A stretch of 64,000 nucleotides of DNA, from positions 1-64,000 of the IMG/VR virus record IMGVR_UViG_3300045988_105168. One strand, given 5' to 3'. Below the pieces are notes generated by a model. The model worked only from the letters and a program-made list of their open reading frames with translations. It did no database searches and was not told where the DNA came from. Of the stretch, positions 61,559 to 64,000 are shown one piece after another; within the stretch, counting starts at the first letter, position 1; the number at the start of each line of letters is the position of its first letter. Both the position numbers and the translations under genes were made by a program. The DNA comes from a virus.

Positions 61559-62077
61559 TTACTCTCCAAAAACATTAAATGAAGGCATATCGTGGTCAAA
61601 TTTCATCATCGCCATATCGCTATCGCCATACATTTCTGCTTTATCTACTAATAATAATATGTCTTTTGTGATAGGTATAATTTCTAATAAAAACTCTTCT
61701 AAATATACTTTAGTACTATAATCTTTGCTTTCTTGAGCTAATACAATAGAGTCCTTAATTAAAGACTCAAGTTGTAAATTGATTTCTAGCATCTTATTAA
61801 AACAATCTAATACTGTATCGTAGTCTTGGTCTCCTGTAGGAGTTTCTCCATAAATTGTAGTACAATCTCTACTATCCATATAATCAGAAATTTCATCTGC
61901 TAATAAAGGATAAAGATGTGCTAAATTATGATGAAGAATGTTAGACGTGATAGGCATTACGAAAGTTACAGATAAAATACTACAAATTCTATCAAGCATA
62001 CGATTATTGTAAAAGCAATGAGAAATAATCTTTTCTAAAGACTCTTTCATTTCTTTTGAAATTAATCCTTCACTCAT
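61559..62077 (-). CDS. hypothetical helical protein (172 aa)
   Basis: ORF track; AAGGAGG SD. Confidence 0.55.
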   Translation of the reverse strand: MSEGLISKEMKESLEKIISHCFYNNRMLDRICSILSVTFVMPITSNILHHNLAHLYPLLADEISDYMDSRDCTTIYGETPTGDQDYDTVLDCFNKMLEINLQLESLIKDSIVLAQESKDYSTKVYLEEFLLEIIPITKDILLLVDKAEMYGDSDMAMMKFDHDMPSFNVFGE

Positions 62078-62089
62078 ATTCTAACCTCC

Positions 62090-63691
62090 TTATATTTTTC
62101 CGCCTTTTTCTATATTTGAAGCTTTGGCTCTCGTCTTAGCTCCACTATCTGTTAAGTCGGCGTCATCTTTTGCTGGTCTTCCAGCGCCGTCTGGAGACAT
62201 AGTATTAACGTTAAGCATCATCATTAACTTATCTGTAAATCCTGTTGCTTGCGCCTCTTCTAATTCTCTCTCTAGTTCAATTTTATTTAAACCTAAAGAT
62301 GATGCAATTTTGTTAGGTAAAACAACACCTTTATCAGCATAAGTAAATGCTTCTGTTTGACGTCTACTTCTATCAAACTGGTCATTACATCCGACAAATC
62401 TAAATTTCCATTTAAATTTCTTTGTTCTTCTATTGATGTTATATTCTAAGAAGTCCTCGAATTGTGGATATATAGACTCTGCTAATAGTTCATCTAAATT
62501 TAAAGATAATTGAGTTTCGATGGCGTTTTGATTTTCATCTGTTGAGAAAATAACTTTACCACCACTTAATAAAGAACTTGTAATAGCCATAAAGTTTTTA
62601 TAAGTATCTTTATCTGTATTTTCAAACTCAACACCTTTAATATCTTCTGTTGGTAATGCTAATACTTTGATAGCATTTTCAATACCTTGTGTTGCTAAAC
62701 CAATAAACTTACCTAATACATCTGCATCAATAGCTAATTGATTTGCTACACTTGAAGATTTCTTTTCTTTTAAATATGGAACTGAACTGACTAATAATTT
62801 TCTAGCAGCAGCCATACTTTGGTCAACTTGCAATCTTCTCATTACTGGTACTATTGCCATTTCTGGTAACATTCCACTAAAGAATGGTACTTGTAATGAA
62901 TGTTTTGGGTTAAATTTAAAACACCAAAAGCCATTTTCAGGAGATGTTTGTACCCATTGTGCAAATTTTCCAGTTCTATCATTTAATTTGTTACTTGGTC
63001 TATATTTGTTAGTATCACCATTGAATACTTCAAGATATTTCTTTTTTAACCAATCTGGATAACAATCTAAATCAACCACACCTTGTAAAAAATAATTCAT
63101 ATCTATATCATATAATAGACCGTATTCAAATTTACCAGTAACCTTAGCGTATTTCCAAGGCCATTGTTGTAAAACACTTTTGGTTTCAAATTCTCTAAAG
63201 ATACCATAATATGTTTCTTCCATTAATAAGTTCCATAGCACCTCTTTAAATTGCGCTCTGTAATTAAACTTATCTAAGAAGTCAGCCACTATCTTATAAT
63301 CATTTTTATATTTATTACTCTTATAATCTTCTGGTGTGGCATTTATACAAGTCATCTCTAAATCAAAAGCAGGTAAATTTGCGATATATTCTAAATTACG
63401 CTTATACATTAGACTGCTAAAATAATAAGACTGACTGTATGACACTAATTGACTTTCATTATTAGAAGGATTTTTTAAAGCATCTTCGATACCTTGTCTA
63501 TCAGGTACTATTGTAGATACATTTAAATTTTTCATTAATGTATTTTGTGTCATTGGACTAAATACACCGTCATTATATCCTTTAGCGAACTCTAACACAT
63601 CAAATGCTTTTTGTACCGCTTCTAAAGTTTCAACAACTTCTTCTTCGGTTAGCTTTACTTGTTCGTCTTTCATAATACACCTGCCTTTCAT
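62090..63691 (-). CDS. portal protein
   Basis: 533 aa; the start overlaps the stop of the terminase-like ORF; first gene of the head module. Confidence 0.55.
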   Translation of the reverse strand: MKGRCIMKDEQVKLTEEEVVETLEAVQKAFDVLEFAKGYNDGVFSPMTQNTLMKNLNVSTIVPDRQGIEDALKNPSNNESQLVSYSQSYYFSSLMYKRNLEYIANLPAFDLEMTCINATPEDYKSNKYKNDYKIVADFLDKFNYRAQFKEVLWNLLMEETYYGIFREFETKSVLQQWPWKYAKVTGKFEYGLLYDIDMNYFLQGVVDLDCYPDWLKKKYLEVFNGDTNKYRPSNKLNDRTGKFAQWVQTSPENGFWCFKFNPKHSLQVPFFSGMLPEMAIVPVMRRLQVDQSMAAARKLLVSSVPYLKEKKSSSVANQLAIDADVLGKFIGLATQGIENAIKVLALPTEDIKGVEFENTDKDTYKNFMAITSSLLSGGKVIFSTDENQNAIETQLSLNLDELLAESIYPQFEDFLEYNINRRTKKFKWKFRFVGCNDQFDRSRRQTEAFTYADKGVVLPNKIASSLGLNKIELERELEEAQATGFTDKLMMMLNVNTMSPDGAGRPAKDDADLTDSGAKTRAKASNIEKGGKI

Positions 63692-64000
63692 TAATATATA
63701 TAACCTACTAAATATTTTAATGCGTCCACATCGGCACGTCCTATATCGGCTTTACCTTGTTTCTCATATTCAAAAACAACAGATAAACCATACATTAAAG
63801 AAGTGGCGCGGTCACGCTTTGCGGATTTAACTATACGGTCATATAATATTTGACCATTTAATCCGAAATCTCTTTTTATATTACTAAGCTCCTGCATTAA
63901 ATTATCGTGCTCTACGTGCATCACCTGTTCTGCCGCATCATACTTACCACTCTTATATAATTCATCAGTTTCGTTACTATCTACCAATAGTTTTAAACTC
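63691..64000 (-). CDS. C-terminal end of the terminase large subunit (partial, runs off the window)
   Basis: The frame stays open to position 64000. The call rests on position upstream of the portal only. Confidence 0.4.
   Translation of the reverse strand, partial: SLKLLVDSNETDELYKSGKYDAAEQVMHVEHDNLMQELSNIKRDFGLNGQILYDRIVKSAKRDRATSLMYGLSVVFEYEKQGKADIGRADVDALKYLVGYIY

Noticed and set aside
1-64000. CRISPR arrays, diversity-generating retroelement, retron or integrase/att-based mobile element
   Set aside because: There are no spaced direct-repeat arrays, no reverse transcriptase or template/variable repeat pair near the fibre genes, and no integrase or recombinase ORF in the window.

Overview
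AT-rich segment of a large tailed-phage or prophage genome. The host is probably an anaerobic low-GC bacterium, judging from anaerobic RNR NrdDG and strong AGGAGG ribosome-binding sites. There are two blocks. (i) 1-9.2 kb on the plus strand is a tRNA/ncRNA island. It holds 17 canonical tRNAs (all with encoded CCA), a phage-encoded tmRNA, several tRNA-like or GC-enriched structured non-coding elements, and a few accessory ORFs: a GT2 glycosyltransferase, a small radical-SAM enzyme, a HAD phosphatase, an HNH endonuclease and a 682-aa orphan protein. (ii) 9.3-64 kb on the minus strand carries nucleotide metabolism (dUTPase, NrdDG, thymidine kinase, a ThyX-like protein) and RNA-repair-type enzymes (Rnl1-like ligase, metallophosphatase, Pol-beta NTase). 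It also carries replication genes (DnaE, primase-helicase, SSB, AAA ATPase, PD-(D/E)XK nuclease, DnaQ-like exonuclease), lysis genes (holin, CHAP-SH3b-LysM endolysin) and a full virion module from the terminase end to the fibres. The three most unusual signals follow. (a) Six G:C homopolymer tracts of 8-10 nt occur only in two paralogous tail-fibre/receptor-binding clusters. Two of them split tail-collar fibre genes that both become in-frame at G9, and two sit in SD-driven leader mini-ORFs, one directly upstream of an intrinsic terminator. I read this as a candidate phase-variable receptor-binding system. (b) A promoter-driven structured RNA of about 400 nt contains a circularly permuted, capped tRNA mimic directly upstream of the 682-aa orphan protein. 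(c) A GC-rich, terminator-ended orphan ncRNA of about 430 nt lies next to an HNH endonuclease gene. All calls were made by eye from the sequence and the ORF track. No database search was run.
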